43,437 bases of DNA from IMG/VR virus record IMGVR_UViG_3300024251_000016, positions 1-43,437 of that record. One strand, given 5' to 3'. Below, in pieces: positions 8,913-17,290 of the stretch. The stretch comes from a virus (lineage: Duplodnaviria; Caudoviricetes). The stretch's first letter is position 1. The number at the start of each line of letters is the position of its first letter. Below the pieces are notes generated by a model. It was given only the letters and a program-made list of their open reading frames with translations. It did no database searches and was not told the origin of the DNA. The position numbers and the translations under genes were made by a program.

Positions 8913-9644
8913 ATGGGTGAGAACACGAAAATCGAATGGTGCGACCACACGATGAATTTTTTTGTTGGCTGCGAAAAAGTCTCTCCCGGCTGCGATCATT
9001 GCTACGCCGAGTCGTGGGCGAAGCGGAGCGGCCATCCCGAGCTATGGCAGGGCGAGCGGCGGCGGACCAAGACATGGGCCGAGCCGCACAAGTGGAACAA
9101 GCTCGCCGCTGGTGCCGTAACGCGGCCAAGGGTCTTCACGAATAGCCTCGCCGACTTCTTCGACAATCAGGTGCTTAGTGAATGGCGCGCTGATGCCTGG
9201 GATGTCATCGGCAAGACGCCAAACCTCGACTGGCTGATTCTAACGAAGAGACCGCAGAACATCGCGAAGATGCTGCCGGCCGGGTGGAACGATGGCCTCT
9301 GGCGGAATGTCTGGTTAGGCACTACGGCGGAAAACCAAGAGGAGCACGATCGGCGCTGGCCGCACTTGAAGGCGATTCCCGCTGCGGTTCGATTTCTCAG
9401 CTACGAGCCGGCCCTCGGGCCGCTTGTGCTTGACGCCGATGCGCCTCTCGATTGGGTCATTGCCGGCGGAGAATCCGGGCCGCACGCACGTCCGATGAGC
9501 CTCGACTGGATGTTCAATCTCCGCGACCAGTGTGCGCGCCAGGGCATCTATTTTTTCTTCAAGCAGATGGGCGGTAGACGGAAGCCATTCCCTGAAATAC
9601 CGACCGGCCTCATGGTCCGCGAATTCCCGAGGTCCGCAGCATGA
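8913..9644 (+). CDS. Phage Gp37/Gp68 (DUF5131) family protein
   Basis: TKIEWCDHTMN..GCEKVSPGCDHCYA, LTKRPQN, FLSYEPALG, DWVIAGGESG, FFFKQMGG. Confidence 0.9.
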   Translation: MGENTKIEWCDHTMNFFVGCEKVSPGCDHCYAESWAKRSGHPELWQGERRRTKTWAEPHKWNKLAAGAVTRPRVFTNSLADFFDNQVLSEWRADAWDVIGKTPNLDWLILTKRPQNIAKMLPAGWNDGLWRNVWLGTTAENQEEHDRRWPHLKAIPAAVRFLSYEPALGPLVLDADAPLDWVIAGGESGPHARPMSLDWMFNLRDQCARQGIYFFFKQMGGRRKPFPEIPTGLMVREFPRSAA

Positions 9645-9783
9645 GCGAATGGAAACGCCGATGGGCCTTGCGCAACTATGTGCCGATCCGATTCCTCGAC
9701 CGGTGGGCCGGTTGCGGAGACGATCTGTTCCACGGCTTGCCGACGAAGGCCATGCGGGCGTGGATCGAGCAGGGAGAGCGGAC

Positions 9784-10101
9784 GTGACGGCCACCATCCT
9801 TTCCGACAGCATTTGCCGCGCCCGCCGGCCGCACACGTGCGACCAGTGTATGCACAAGATCAAATTCGGGGAGCGCTACCGTCGGCAAGTCTACATCGAC
9901 GGTGAACTCCGTACCTATCGCGCTCATGAGGATTGCGACGCCGCCGCGCTTCGGAAACAGGAACTTGGGGACTATCGCCCGACTTACGATGACCCGGTGA
10001 ATCTTCGCAACGACCTGTGTCCGGAAGATTATCCTTGGCTGCTGGCGGAGTTTCCGGCCGTCGCCGATCGGTTCGGAATCACGGATAGGACGATCGCATG
10101 A
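9784..10101 (+). CDS. Zn-binding hypothetical protein
   Basis: ARRPHTCDQC...HEDC motif; GTG start after GGAG-like RBS. Confidence 0.6.
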   Translation: MTATILSDSICRARRPHTCDQCMHKIKFGERYRRQVYIDGELRTYRAHEDCDAAALRKQELGDYRPTYDDPVNLRNDLCPEDYPWLLAEFPAVADRFGITDRTIA

Positions 10102-10246
10102 CCTCCCGCCCCGGCTGGGACAGCCAATTCTCCCAAACCGAATCCGAGCGCGCCGAGCGATGGCAGGCCACCAAGGCGGCACGGATTGCCAAGGGCCTCT
10201 GCCCGCTGTGTGCGAAGCCGGTGAAGGAATGTGAATGCGAGGCGCA

Positions 10247-10465
10247 ATGAGCGTCGAGATCAGAAAGAATGATGACGGCTCTATCGATGAGGTCATCGCC
10301 AATGGCTGCGCCATCCACCTCGAACAGATGGACAAAAATGCTTGGTATCTCGGAATCGATGCCAGCGATGGAAGCCACTGGCAGTTCTGGATGGGGGCCA
10401 ACGGCAACTGCCATGTCATGGTTCGCCATACCGAGATGACGCCCGGAGGCGATGTGCCGAGATGA
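10247..10465 (+). CDS. Hypothetical protein
   Basis: 72-aa ORF, GAGG RBS, coupled to xis. Confidence 0.55.
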   Translation: MSVEIRKNDDGSIDEVIANGCAIHLEQMDKNAWYLGIDASDGSHWQFWMGANGNCHVMVRHTEMTPGGDVPR

Positions 10466-10746
10466 GTGCATTATCCACCGCCCATCCACAGCCCGAACTC
10501 CATCCCCGCTGGCTCACCAAGGCCATGGCCGCGCGCTATCTCACCATGTCGGAGACGACATTCGACGACAATGTCCGCAAGGGCGCCTTCCCCCCGGCGA
10601 TCCGGTTGCCCACAGGCGGACTCAAATGGGATCGGTTCGATCTTGATGCGGCGATGGAAAGGCTGAAACTCGGGCTCTTGCCAGCCAATGACGCAGGGGT
10701 CCGCAATGCCAGACAAGCGCCGGAGGGCCGCCGTGGCTCTGCCTAA
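10462..10746 (+). CDS. xis: Excisionase / AlpA-like HTH
   Basis: RWLTKAMAARYLTMSETTFDDNVRKGAFPPAIRL..KWDRFDLD; overlaps integrase start. Confidence 0.75.
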   Translation: MSALSTAHPQPELHPRWLTKAMAARYLTMSETTFDDNVRKGAFPPAIRLPTGGLKWDRFDLDAAMERLKLGLLPANDAGVRNARQAPEGRRGSA

Positions 10747-11746
10747 AGGCGTCCACCGCGTCGTAAGCCGGGGCCGGGAGTATTTCTACTGGCAGCCCGG
10801 CCGCAACACGGCGTCGCCGGGAGAGCGGGTAAAGCTGCCGAGCGACCCGCAGAGCCCGGAATTCTGGGCAATGCTGGCGCAGCTACAGGGCGCCCCGGCC
10901 ACGCCCGTCGTCGTCACGATGAACATGGTGTTCGACAAGTACATGCAATGGCTTGGAGGGCGTAGCGATGTTGCCGGAGAGACCAAGCGCAAATATGGAA
11001 AGACCCTCGATATCGCTCGGCGAGGCATTGGCCACATGTCTCCGGACAGAGTGCGGCCGTCAGATATCCGACTTTTACTCGACCAATTTGCGGATGTTCC
11101 GGGTACGGGAAATAACCTGTTGGGTGCTCTGCGAGCGGTGTCCTCTTGGGGACTTGAACGAGGTCATTTCGATCACTCGATCACGGAGTCCGTCAAACCA
11201 TACAAATCAGACGGTGGCCACCGCCCCTGGACGGCCGAGCAATGCCTCGCCGCCGAGCGCGGACTGACCGGCATGGTCCGCCGCGCGTACTTCCTCGCCC
11301 GCTACACCGGCCAGCGCGGCTCAGACGTGGTGCGCCTCGGCCCGCACATGGTCGATGACGGTGGCTTCCGCATCGTCCAGCAGAAGACGCAGCGCGAGGT
11401 GTGGTGCCCCATCGATCCAGAACTTGCCGCGGAAATGGCTACCTGGGAAAAGCGCCTGGGGCCGTACCTGCAGCAGCACTGGGGCAAGGTCTACGGCCGC
11501 AAACTCTTGGACTCGCAGTTCCGGTCGCAGGCGCAGCAGATCCCGGAACTTGCCGGCGCGACCTTCCACGGATTGCGCGGCACCCGCGTCGTCGAGCTGC
11601 GCCAACGGGGAGCCACCACGACGCAGATACAGGATCAGGTCGGCATGTCGCTGCCGATGATTGAGCGGTATTGCCGATTTGCGGACAAGAAGGCGAATGG
11701 GAAGGCAGCGGTGATTGCGCTGCGGAGGCAGGGGAGCGGAGCATGA
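10706..11746 (+). CDS. int: Tyrosine integrase
   Basis: YTGQRGSD (catalytic R), FHGLR (HxxR), ERYC (Tyr); N-terminal arm-binding-like segment. Confidence 0.92.
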   Translation: MPDKRRRAAVALPKGVHRVVSRGREYFYWQPGRNTASPGERVKLPSDPQSPEFWAMLAQLQGAPATPVVVTMNMVFDKYMQWLGGRSDVAGETKRKYGKTLDIARRGIGHMSPDRVRPSDIRLLLDQFADVPGTGNNLLGALRAVSSWGLERGHFDHSITESVKPYKSDGGHRPWTAEQCLAAERGLTGMVRRAYFLARYTGQRGSDVVRLGPHMVDDGGFRIVQQKTQREVWCPIDPELAAEMATWEKRLGPYLQQHWGKVYGRKLLDSQFRSQAQQIPELAGATFHGLRGTRVVELRQRGATTTQIQDQVGMSLPMIERYCRFADKKANGKAAVIALRRQGSGA

Positions 11747-11751
11747 GCGAG
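11717..11751 (+). repeat. Gene-junction repeat A copy 1 (RBS + ATGA)
   Basis: GCGCTGCGGAGGCAGGGGAGCGGAGCATGAG; 31 bp identical to 12424-12454, 25 bp identical to 12002-12026. Confidence 0.95.
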
Positions 11752-12021
11752 CACAGTCCAGCACCATGGATGTGGGATGGCCCACCGCATAACATCCACG
11801 TTGTGCAGGCGAACGCGCCTCACATGCGCGTCTGTTTTTTGACGAGCAATGGACCGACAGAAGCCAACGCCCGCCTGATATCCGCCGCGCCGGACTTGCT
11901 GGCGGCGCTAAGAGCCATGGTTGACAGATGGGAACCAGACACCGAGGGCCTGGATCGCGTCATGTGGGAGAATGCATGCGCCGCCATCGACAAGGCCACC
12001 GGGCAGGGGAGCGGAGCATGA
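11743..12021 (+). CDS. Phage hypothetical protein (ANARLI-AAPDLL family)
   Basis: MSEHSPAPW...ANARLISAAPDLLAAL. Confidence 0.75.
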   Translation: MSEHSPAPWMWDGPPHNIHVVQANAPHMRVCFLTSNGPTEANARLISAAPDLLAALRAMVDRWEPDTEGLDRVMWENACAAIDKATGQGSGA

Positions 12022-12026
12022 GCGAG
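12002..12026 (+). repeat. Gene-junction repeat A copy 2
   Basis: GGCAGGGGAGCGGAGCATGAGCGAG. Confidence 0.95.
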
Positions 12027-12209
12027 TGGCAACCGATCGAGACGGCGCCGAGGGACGGCACGCGAGTCCTTATCGCCGATGAGGATGTTTGGATGGCGGT
12101 GGCGCGCTTTTGGCCGTGCAACATGGCTTGGACGGAGGATGCGGCATCGGGGCTTAAGCTCAACGAGCCGACCCATTGGATGCCGCTGCCGGAGCCGCCG
12201 AAGATGTAA
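12018..12209 (+). CDS. DUF551-like protein
   Basis: WQPIETAPRDGT...PTHWMPLPEPP. Confidence 0.8.
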   Translation: MSEWQPIETAPRDGTRVLIADEDVWMAVARFWPCNMAWTEDAASGLKLNEPTHWMPLPEPPKM

Positions 12210-12420
12210 ATTGGAAATGTTTTACAAGGTCGCTGTAAAACAAAAATGGTAAAGCCTTTGATTGATTTGGATTTTCCAAGCGCCGCGCGGAAATGAGACA
12301 TTTCCAAGGACATTTTATAACCGATTGAGACCATTGGGAGATCGGACGATGGCGTTTTACAGAGCAAGGGCAAAACACCGTGAACGATGCCGGAACTTGA
12401 CGGGGGATTGTAAAACAGTT
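12205..12420. other. Putative attP region
   Basis: AT-rich gap near int with TGTAAAAC/GTTTTACA in both orientations (~12219, 12235, 12354, 12409) and TTTCCAA repeats (~12211, 12273, 12301), resembling integrase arm sites. Confidence 0.6.
12382..12396 (+). promoter_or_regulatory. Candidate alphaproteobacterial LexA box
   Basis: GAAC-GATGCCG-GAAC matches GAAC-N7-GAAC. Confidence 0.4.
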
Positions 12421-12423
12421 TTG

Positions 12424-12454
12424 GCGCTGCGGAGGCAGGGGAGCGGAGCATGAG
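12424..12454 (+). repeat. Gene-junction repeat A copy 3
   Basis: Exact 31-bp copy of the integrase 3' end. Confidence 0.95.
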
Positions 12455-12842
12455 GAGGGAGTGCGACGTGAAAAGCGACCTGATTGACATCACCGTGTCG
12501 AAGCAAGGGCGAGTCATGATCTACGCACAGGACATAATCGATGCGCACAAAGCTGAGATCGCCCGCCTCCGCGCCGAACTCGCCGAATACAAGGCGACGT
12601 ATCAGTACAATGATGCAGACATCGACGTGCTCAATGATAAGCACGCCGAGGAGATCGCGCGGCTGCGGGAGGCGCTGGGACCGTTTGCTGATGCACACCA
12701 GGATTTGCTTGAAAATTGGGGGCGTGAAGACTTTGTACTCGTCTCGCTTGCCCGCATACACCGAGATGTATGCATTACAATCGCAGACTTCGGGAGAGCC
12801 CGCGCCGCCCTCGCTCCCCGTCCATCAGAGGAGGCCGAGTGA
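12450..12842 (+). CDS. Hypothetical coiled-coil protein
   Basis: Internal repeat HKAEIARLRAEL / HAEEIARLREAL. Confidence 0.65.
   Translation: MRRECDVKSDLIDITVSKQGRVMIYAQDIIDAHKAEIARLRAELAEYKATYQYNDADIDVLNDKHAEEIARLREALGPFADAHQDLLENWGREDFVLVSLARIHRDVCITIADFGRARAALAPRPSEEAE
12810..12833 (+). repeat. Gene-junction repeat B copy 1
   Basis: CTCGCTCCCCGTCCATCAGAGGAG, 23/24 identical to 13073-13096. Confidence 0.9.
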
Positions 12843-13105
12843 TGCTCTCCAACACCACTAGAACCACAGCAAGGCCATTCTCGGAAATCAAACGCCTGAT
12901 CGAAATTTATCCTCCTGAATGGAGGCGTTGGTGTTCAGCGCCGGAGAACGGCGGTTGCGCGTGCATGGGGTGTGTGCGCCAGCCAGCGCCCTCTACCGTG
13001 CGAGGCGACCCGGAATATGCCGTGTGGCCGGACGATGAAGACGCTCTGATAAAGGAAGAGGTTGAGATTTATCTCGCTCCCCGTCCACCAGAGGAGATTA
13101 AGTAA
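12842..13105 (+). CDS. Cys-containing hypothetical protein
   Basis: WC...GGCACMGC; TGATG coupling. Confidence 0.65.
   Translation: MLSNTTRTTARPFSEIKRLIEIYPPEWRRWCSAPENGGCACMGCVRQPAPSTVRGDPEYAVWPDDEDALIKEEVEIYLAPRPPEEIK
13073..13096 (+). repeat. Gene-junction repeat B copy 2
   Basis: CTCGCTCCCCGTCCACCAGAGGAG. Confidence 0.9.
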
Positions 13106-13272
13106 TGAATATAGATCGTCTGCTGGACCTCATCGCAGAAGCACACCCGCAGATGGTGGCGGTCGGGCGATGGGACTGGGTGGTCAGGGCCGACGCGGCG
13201 CTGGCGCTGACTCCACGATCGAGAACGGAGCCTCATGCGCCTCCTCCATTGGCCACACCCATTTCTGAATAG
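13105..13272 (+). CDS. Small hypothetical protein
   Basis: GAGGAG RBS, TAATG coupling; overlaps convergent gene end. Confidence 0.45.
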   Translation: MNIDRLLDLIAEAHPQMVAVGRWDWVVRADAALALTPRSRTEPHAPPPLATPISE

Positions 13273-13645
13273 GATTGCTCCATCGCTGGATGTCCTTGCG
13301 GAAAACCAGGTCAGTTCCAGGCGGAGCATCGGGGGCGATCCAGGGTGTATGGAAGCGGTTCGACGAACCAACGGCGCCGTGGTGAACAGTGTGAACGGGG
13401 GGAAAAACCCAAATGTCGATGCCGTTCGTCGCGATGAATCTGCGGTTCAGCATCCCATTGCAGCCCGCGCGCAAAGTCCGGTCGGTCCACACTGCCGCGA
13501 ACTTCTGACCAGGCGTTACGGTGCTGGGCTCCATGTGAAAGTCAGTCGTTTCGATGCACGGATCACGTTGCAAGAGCATATAGGTCGGAGTGGCAAACAC
13601 CAATGCCCCAGCCAAAAAGGCAATAAGAAAAGGTCTCGGACGCAT
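13184..13645 (-). CDS. Membrane-anchored periplasmic protein (last late gene)
   Basis: MRPRPFLIAFLAGALVFA TM then beta-rich domain with 2 Cys. Confidence 0.65.
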   Translation of the reverse strand: MRPRPFLIAFLAGALVFATPTYMLLQRDPCIETTDFHMEPSTVTPGQKFAAVWTDRTLRAGCNGMLNRRFIATNGIDIWVFPPVHTVHHGAVGSSNRFHTPWIAPDAPPGTDLVFRKDIQRWSNPIQKWVWPMEEAHEAPFSIVESAPAPRRP

Positions 13646-13914
13646 TACTGACCCCTTATCCATTCGACCAACTTTGAAAATCCCTGCCCCACTGCTGCGA
13701 CGGCAGGTGCGGCCAGAAGAAACATTCCAAGCAATTTGAGTAACCATTTCGTTCGGCGGCGCTCCTCTAGCGCCTCGTTAAGTTGGTCAGCGGGACCGTC
13801 CTTCTTGAAAAACGCCCTGATTTGGACTCGTTCGTCCGCATTGAACCTTTCGGACAGTTGGTCCCGGTTGAAGTCCTCGAATAGCTTCTTCAGGTCGTCT
13901 TCATTTTTGTTCAC
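13645..13914 (-). CDS. Small protein with C-terminal TM
   Basis: GTG start after GGGG; WLLKLLGMFLLAAPAVAAV. Confidence 0.55.
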   Translation of the reverse strand: MNKNEDDLKKLFEDFNRDQLSERFNADERVQIRAFFKKDGPADQLNEALEERRRTKWLLKLLGMFLLAAPAVAAVGQGFSKLVEWIRGQ

Positions 13915-13958
13915 TTCCCCGCTCTTGCGTTGGTCGCTCTTGTTTTTCTCTCGGCGCT

Positions 13959-14372
13959 TTAATGTGTCCTTGTAACGATTAGCACAACAAGCGTCGCGGC
14001 TGATATTAGCAACGCCCCGCCGCTGAACAGGTAGGCCCACACGTTACGGCCACCGGATGATTGCCCGGCAAGTGTCGTCAGAAGTTTGTCTACCTGCTCG
14101 ATGCGCGCAAGCAGTGAGGCGTGCTGAACAGAAAATTCTGCTCGCGGGAGAAACGTCGCGGCCTGATCGCTCAACGTGGCGCGGAATTCGTTGACCCCCT
14201 CGAACCTCCTCTCGCTTGCAAGCTCGGCTTTTCCGATTGCCTTTTCCGAGGCTGCCAGTGCAACGGCGATGTTGTCCTTGACGGAGTTGATCGATAGCGT
14301 CAGTTGTTTTTCGAGCCCGTTGATCTTGTCAACGAGATGATCGCGGAGAGGGACTTTCGGATCGTCCGGCAT
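13959..14372 (-). CDS. Coiled-coil protein with C-terminal TM
   Basis: ASEKAIGKAELASERRFEGVNEFRATLSDQ; hydrophobic tail. Confidence 0.7.
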   Translation of the reverse strand: MPDDPKVPLRDHLVDKINGLEKQLTLSINSVKDNIAVALAASEKAIGKAELASERRFEGVNEFRATLSDQAATFLPRAEFSVQHASLLARIEQVDKLLTTLAGQSSGGRNVWAYLFSGGALLISAATLVVLIVTRTH

Positions 14373-14529
14373 CGATCATTTCCGCGAGTTCATCTCCCGA
14401 ATGTACGCCATGACTGCGTTCATCGCCCCCGCCCATGCGATCGTGTATTGTAACCTGACATTACAGTCTTTTCCCGCCGCCTCCTGAAAAGCGGCGAGGG
14501 CCGCCTGCCAAGCTTTGAGGTCTGGTATT

Positions 14530-14688
14530 TCATCCAGGAGACACCAGCCCTAATGCGAGAACAGCCCAGATGGTAAAACCGATCACGAGCACAAGGACGA
14601 GCGCGACGATGACGCGATGAACCGTGTCACGAAGCGACTGCTGCCGGCGGTGCTTCACGAAAAGGTTCTCGTATTCGCGGCGTCTCAT
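14530..14688 (-). CDS. Small single-TM protein
   Basis: Manual translation ...VIVALVLVLVIGFTIWAVLALGLVSPG; ATGA overlap. Confidence 0.5.
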   Translation of the reverse strand: MRRREYENLFVKHRRQQSLRDTVHRVIVALVLVLVIGFTIWAVLALGLVSPG

Positions 14689-14897
14689 ATTGGCCCCTGC
14701 GGCCCCCACCAGTTCACGTTGTCAAATCGGCCGCTGAATACGCCGATCGCGGTGATGAGTCCGAGGATCACGAACACCACGGTTAGGATGTGCTGCGGTA
14801 TGGTGATTCCGAGGAGGCCGAGAACCCAGATTACCAAGTAGTAGCATAGAACCAGAATGGCGATCGAAAGCAGGATTGCCAGGATTCTCCTAAGCAT
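14685..14897 (-). CDS. Two-TM small membrane protein
   Basis: AAGGAG RBS; two hydrophobic helices. Confidence 0.7.
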   Translation of the reverse strand: MLRRILAILLSIAILVLCYYLVIWVLGLLGITIPQHILTVVFVILGLITAIGVFSGRFDNVNWWGPQGPI

Positions 14898-15340
14898 CGT
14901 CGTTCTCCTTTGGTAAGGCAGCCCCGGCCGCTGAGGAAGCCGAGGCCGCTACGTCTGACGGTGCGAGTGGGGGGATGGGGGGATGTCGCTTTCCGTCAGG
15001 ACGTATCTCAACACGCTAAATCTTTCCTTTATGTTTCCTTGAAATGGAAAACCCTGCAGCGTCCAGCTCCGCAACCAGACGCGAGGCTGTATCACGCGGC
15101 GTCTCACTCAAAGAAGCTCGGGACAAAGCATTTGTCAAAACGTCCAAAGCGGAGGACATTTCAATCTCACTGCTTGCTGTTTGTGAGAAGCTTGTAGATG
15201 GCCCAAAAGAAGTAGAATGGCCGCTTCCACCAGGGCAATTTGTTTTGTTCGGCCATTCTAGCCTCCATTTGGGCTCCTGCCAGGGTCCATCGTGACCAAA
15301 CCTTTTCAGTCTGGCCCAAGCCCTACGCAAGAAATTGCGA

Positions 15341-15595
15341 TCACCAGCAGACATACCTGCCTTTTCTCCACCCGCAATTCGTCGGACCTTTCGGTGCAGG
15401 CGGCGGGGCTACCACTACCGGCCCCGTGCAGATCAGGTTGTCGCCATAGCGGTGGCAAGTCGGAGGGTCTGCCGGCTTGGACGGGATCGGGCAAGACCAA
15501 ACATTGTCCTGCAACTGATTGCAGTCCGTATCGTCCTGCGCGAAGGCTGGAGCGCAGAACGATACAAGCGCCACAAGGGCCAAGATCGTCTTCAT
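15341..15595 (-). CDS. Small secreted Cys-rich protein
   Basis: MKTILALVALVSFCAPAFA|QDD; 6 Cys in mature part. Confidence 0.7.
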   Translation of the reverse strand: MKTILALVALVSFCAPAFAQDDTDCNQLQDNVWSCPIPSKPADPPTCHRYGDNLICTGPVVVAPPPAPKGPTNCGWRKGRYVCW

Positions 15596-15771
15596 TGCTT
15601 GATCCTCTTTGCTACAACTTCATCCACGGCCTGCTTCATGGCAGCCTTGTGGTCGATCGGAGCAGCACCCTGCGCCGACGTTTTCTGCTGGAACAGCGCC
15701 TCGATGTCCTTCAAAAGCGCCGCCATTGCAGGGTTTGTCAGTAGAGAAAAAAGTAGAGTTACCCAGTTCAT
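15592..15771 (-). CDS. Small hypothetical protein
   Basis: AAGGAG RBS; 59 aa, ATGA coupling to next gene. Confidence 0.55.
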   Translation of the reverse strand: MNWVTLLFSLLTNPAMAALLKDIEALFQQKTSAQGAAPIDHKAAMKQAVDEVVAKRIKQ

Positions 15772-15787
15772 GGTCGATCTCCTTGTG

Positions 15788-16114
15788 TTATCGCCTCATT
15801 GAGACGGTGGGTGGGACGTAGGCAGGCGGGGCCACGACGACCGATGGTACGGTGGGGTCCATGGCAAGCTTCTGGAGTTCGGGTGCCGCGGCTGGTGTGA
15901 TCTCGACAGGCTTTACGCCTGAGATAGCACCTGCTTGCTGCACGACAGACGTATTGGAATGGCTGAAAAATCCCCAAATCAACGGCACCAGCGTCACAGC
16001 CATGCCGGCAATGGATGTGGCCGTACTTTGATCGATCAGCCCCTTGGTTGCCGCAGCCGACCCGGCGAGACCGATGCCCGTCGTGATCCATGAAATTATC
16101 TGCGATTGGTTCAT
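15788..16114 (-). CDS. Putative holin
   Basis: Two TM segments, AAGGA RBS, lysis-region position. Confidence 0.55.
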   Translation of the reverse strand: MNQSQIISWITTGIGLAGSAAATKGLIDQSTATSIAGMAVTLVPLIWGFFSHSNTSVVQQAGAISGVKPVEITPAAAPELQKLAMDPTVPSVVVAPPAYVPPTVSMRR

Positions 16115-16128
16115 TCCGGTTTCCTTTG

Positions 16129-16251
16129 TTAGGAGAAAATCCACGCGATTACGCTGGCGATTACGCTGGCTATTGCAGCCAAGGCAAGAAACGCGAACAG
16201 CCCGCCGATCGCGAGAATGGGGATTATGCCGTTTTGCGGAGCGAGGCCCAT
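16129..16251 (-). CDS. 40-aa single-TM peptide
   Basis: TGATG coupling; contains 12-bp tandem repeat (IASV x2). Confidence 0.4.
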   Translation of the reverse strand: MGLAPQNGIIPILAIGGLFAFLALAAIASVIASVIAWIFS

Positions 16252-16619
16252 CACACGCCACCGCCAGGGACAAAGCAGCGGATGAAAACATGTCCTGGGC
16301 TCTGCATGACGTACCACACTACGGCCCCGCCGGTCGGATTTTCTGAGTTGTAAACCACAGCCTCGGCCGGAACTTCCATCCACTCGATAGGGCCGAGCGC
16401 TGCGGGGTTGGGAATCCAGTAGCTATTTCCCCTGATGTCCTCTTCCGTCTGATGGCCATCAGCCATGTTGCAACAGGGGACGCCATGAGGGCTCTTGAGG
16501 TTTCGGAACCATGATCGTGTTGCTGGGTCAACGTGGTCCCATTCCCCAGCATAGTGAGTTGTTGCATACGCCTGGATCATGAACGATATAAGAATCACGA
16601 CTCCTGCGATATATCTCAC
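16251..16619 (-). CDS. Secreted hypothetical protein (CCxxAD motif)
   Basis: Signal peptide ..IQAYA|T; VPCCNMADG...IRCFVPG. Confidence 0.7.
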   Translation of the reverse strand: MRYIAGVVILISFMIQAYATTHYAGEWDHVDPATRSWFRNLKSPHGVPCCNMADGHQTEEDIRGNSYWIPNPAALGPIEWMEVPAEAVVYNSENPTGGAVVWYVMQSPGHVFIRCFVPGGGV

Positions 16620-17287
16620 TGCGTTACACCTCCATAAAGAACCGGGAGATTTGCGATGAACACCTGCTTGGTGTTGACGCCATCGAACATCGTGAGGTCT
16701 GCGCTGAAAGTTCCAAGGCCGAGTTGACGGAACTGTGCTTCTTTAATAAGTATTTGCATGTAGCCTAGGTCGGTAATCAGAATGCCATTTCCGAGCGACG
16801 CGGACAGCAGAGGTCCGAGCTGATCCGGCGTTCCGAAGTCATACCACGGCAAATAGCCCGATCCGTCATTTCGCGGTGGACCGCGGCGAATTTCAAACTG
16901 AAACGTGCTGCCGATCTGGCACACCAGCAGGCCGTTCGATGGCGTGTAGCTGGTCACGGTTCCGAGCATGTAATTCAAGCCGGTCGCGTCTGCGATCTTG
17001 ACGGCATCGCCCTGCACGATGCCGAGCCCGAGGCCGACCGTCAGACTGAGCGCGGAAAGCTGGTTTCCGATCGGGAAAGTGGGAATGGTGATCGAGGTCG
17101 TGGAGGTCGTGGAGATCACGCCATCGGTGACCGTCCACAGCGCGCCAGTAAACGCATTGCCACTCGCCGTTGCCGTGTTGGCGAGATTGACCGGCAATCC
17201 CGTATCGTCATCGAAAATCGAGACGGACAAAAGAAAATCCTCCCGGTTGGTCCGGGGGTCGAGCAGTATCGGCGCATTTCCATACAT
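16616..17287 (-). CDS. Virion structural/adaptor protein (BppU N-terminal-like)
   Basis: Beta-rich; follows tail fibre. Confidence 0.55.
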   Translation of the reverse strand: MYGNAPILLDPRTNREDFLLSVSIFDDDTGLPVNLANTATASGNAFTGALWTVTDGVISTTSTTSITIPTFPIGNQLSALSLTVGLGLGIVQGDAVKIADATGLNYMLGTVTSYTPSNGLLVCQIGSTFQFEIRRGPPRNDGSGYLPWYDFGTPDQLGPLLSASLGNGILITDLGYMQILIKEAQFRQLGLGTFSADLTMFDGVNTKQVFIANLPVLYGGVTQ

Positions 17288-17290
17288 GGA

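Noticed and set aside
11717-13096. CRISPR array or integron attC sites
   Set aside because: Repeats are non-palindromic RBS/start junctions separated by whole genes; no cas genes, and int is phage-type
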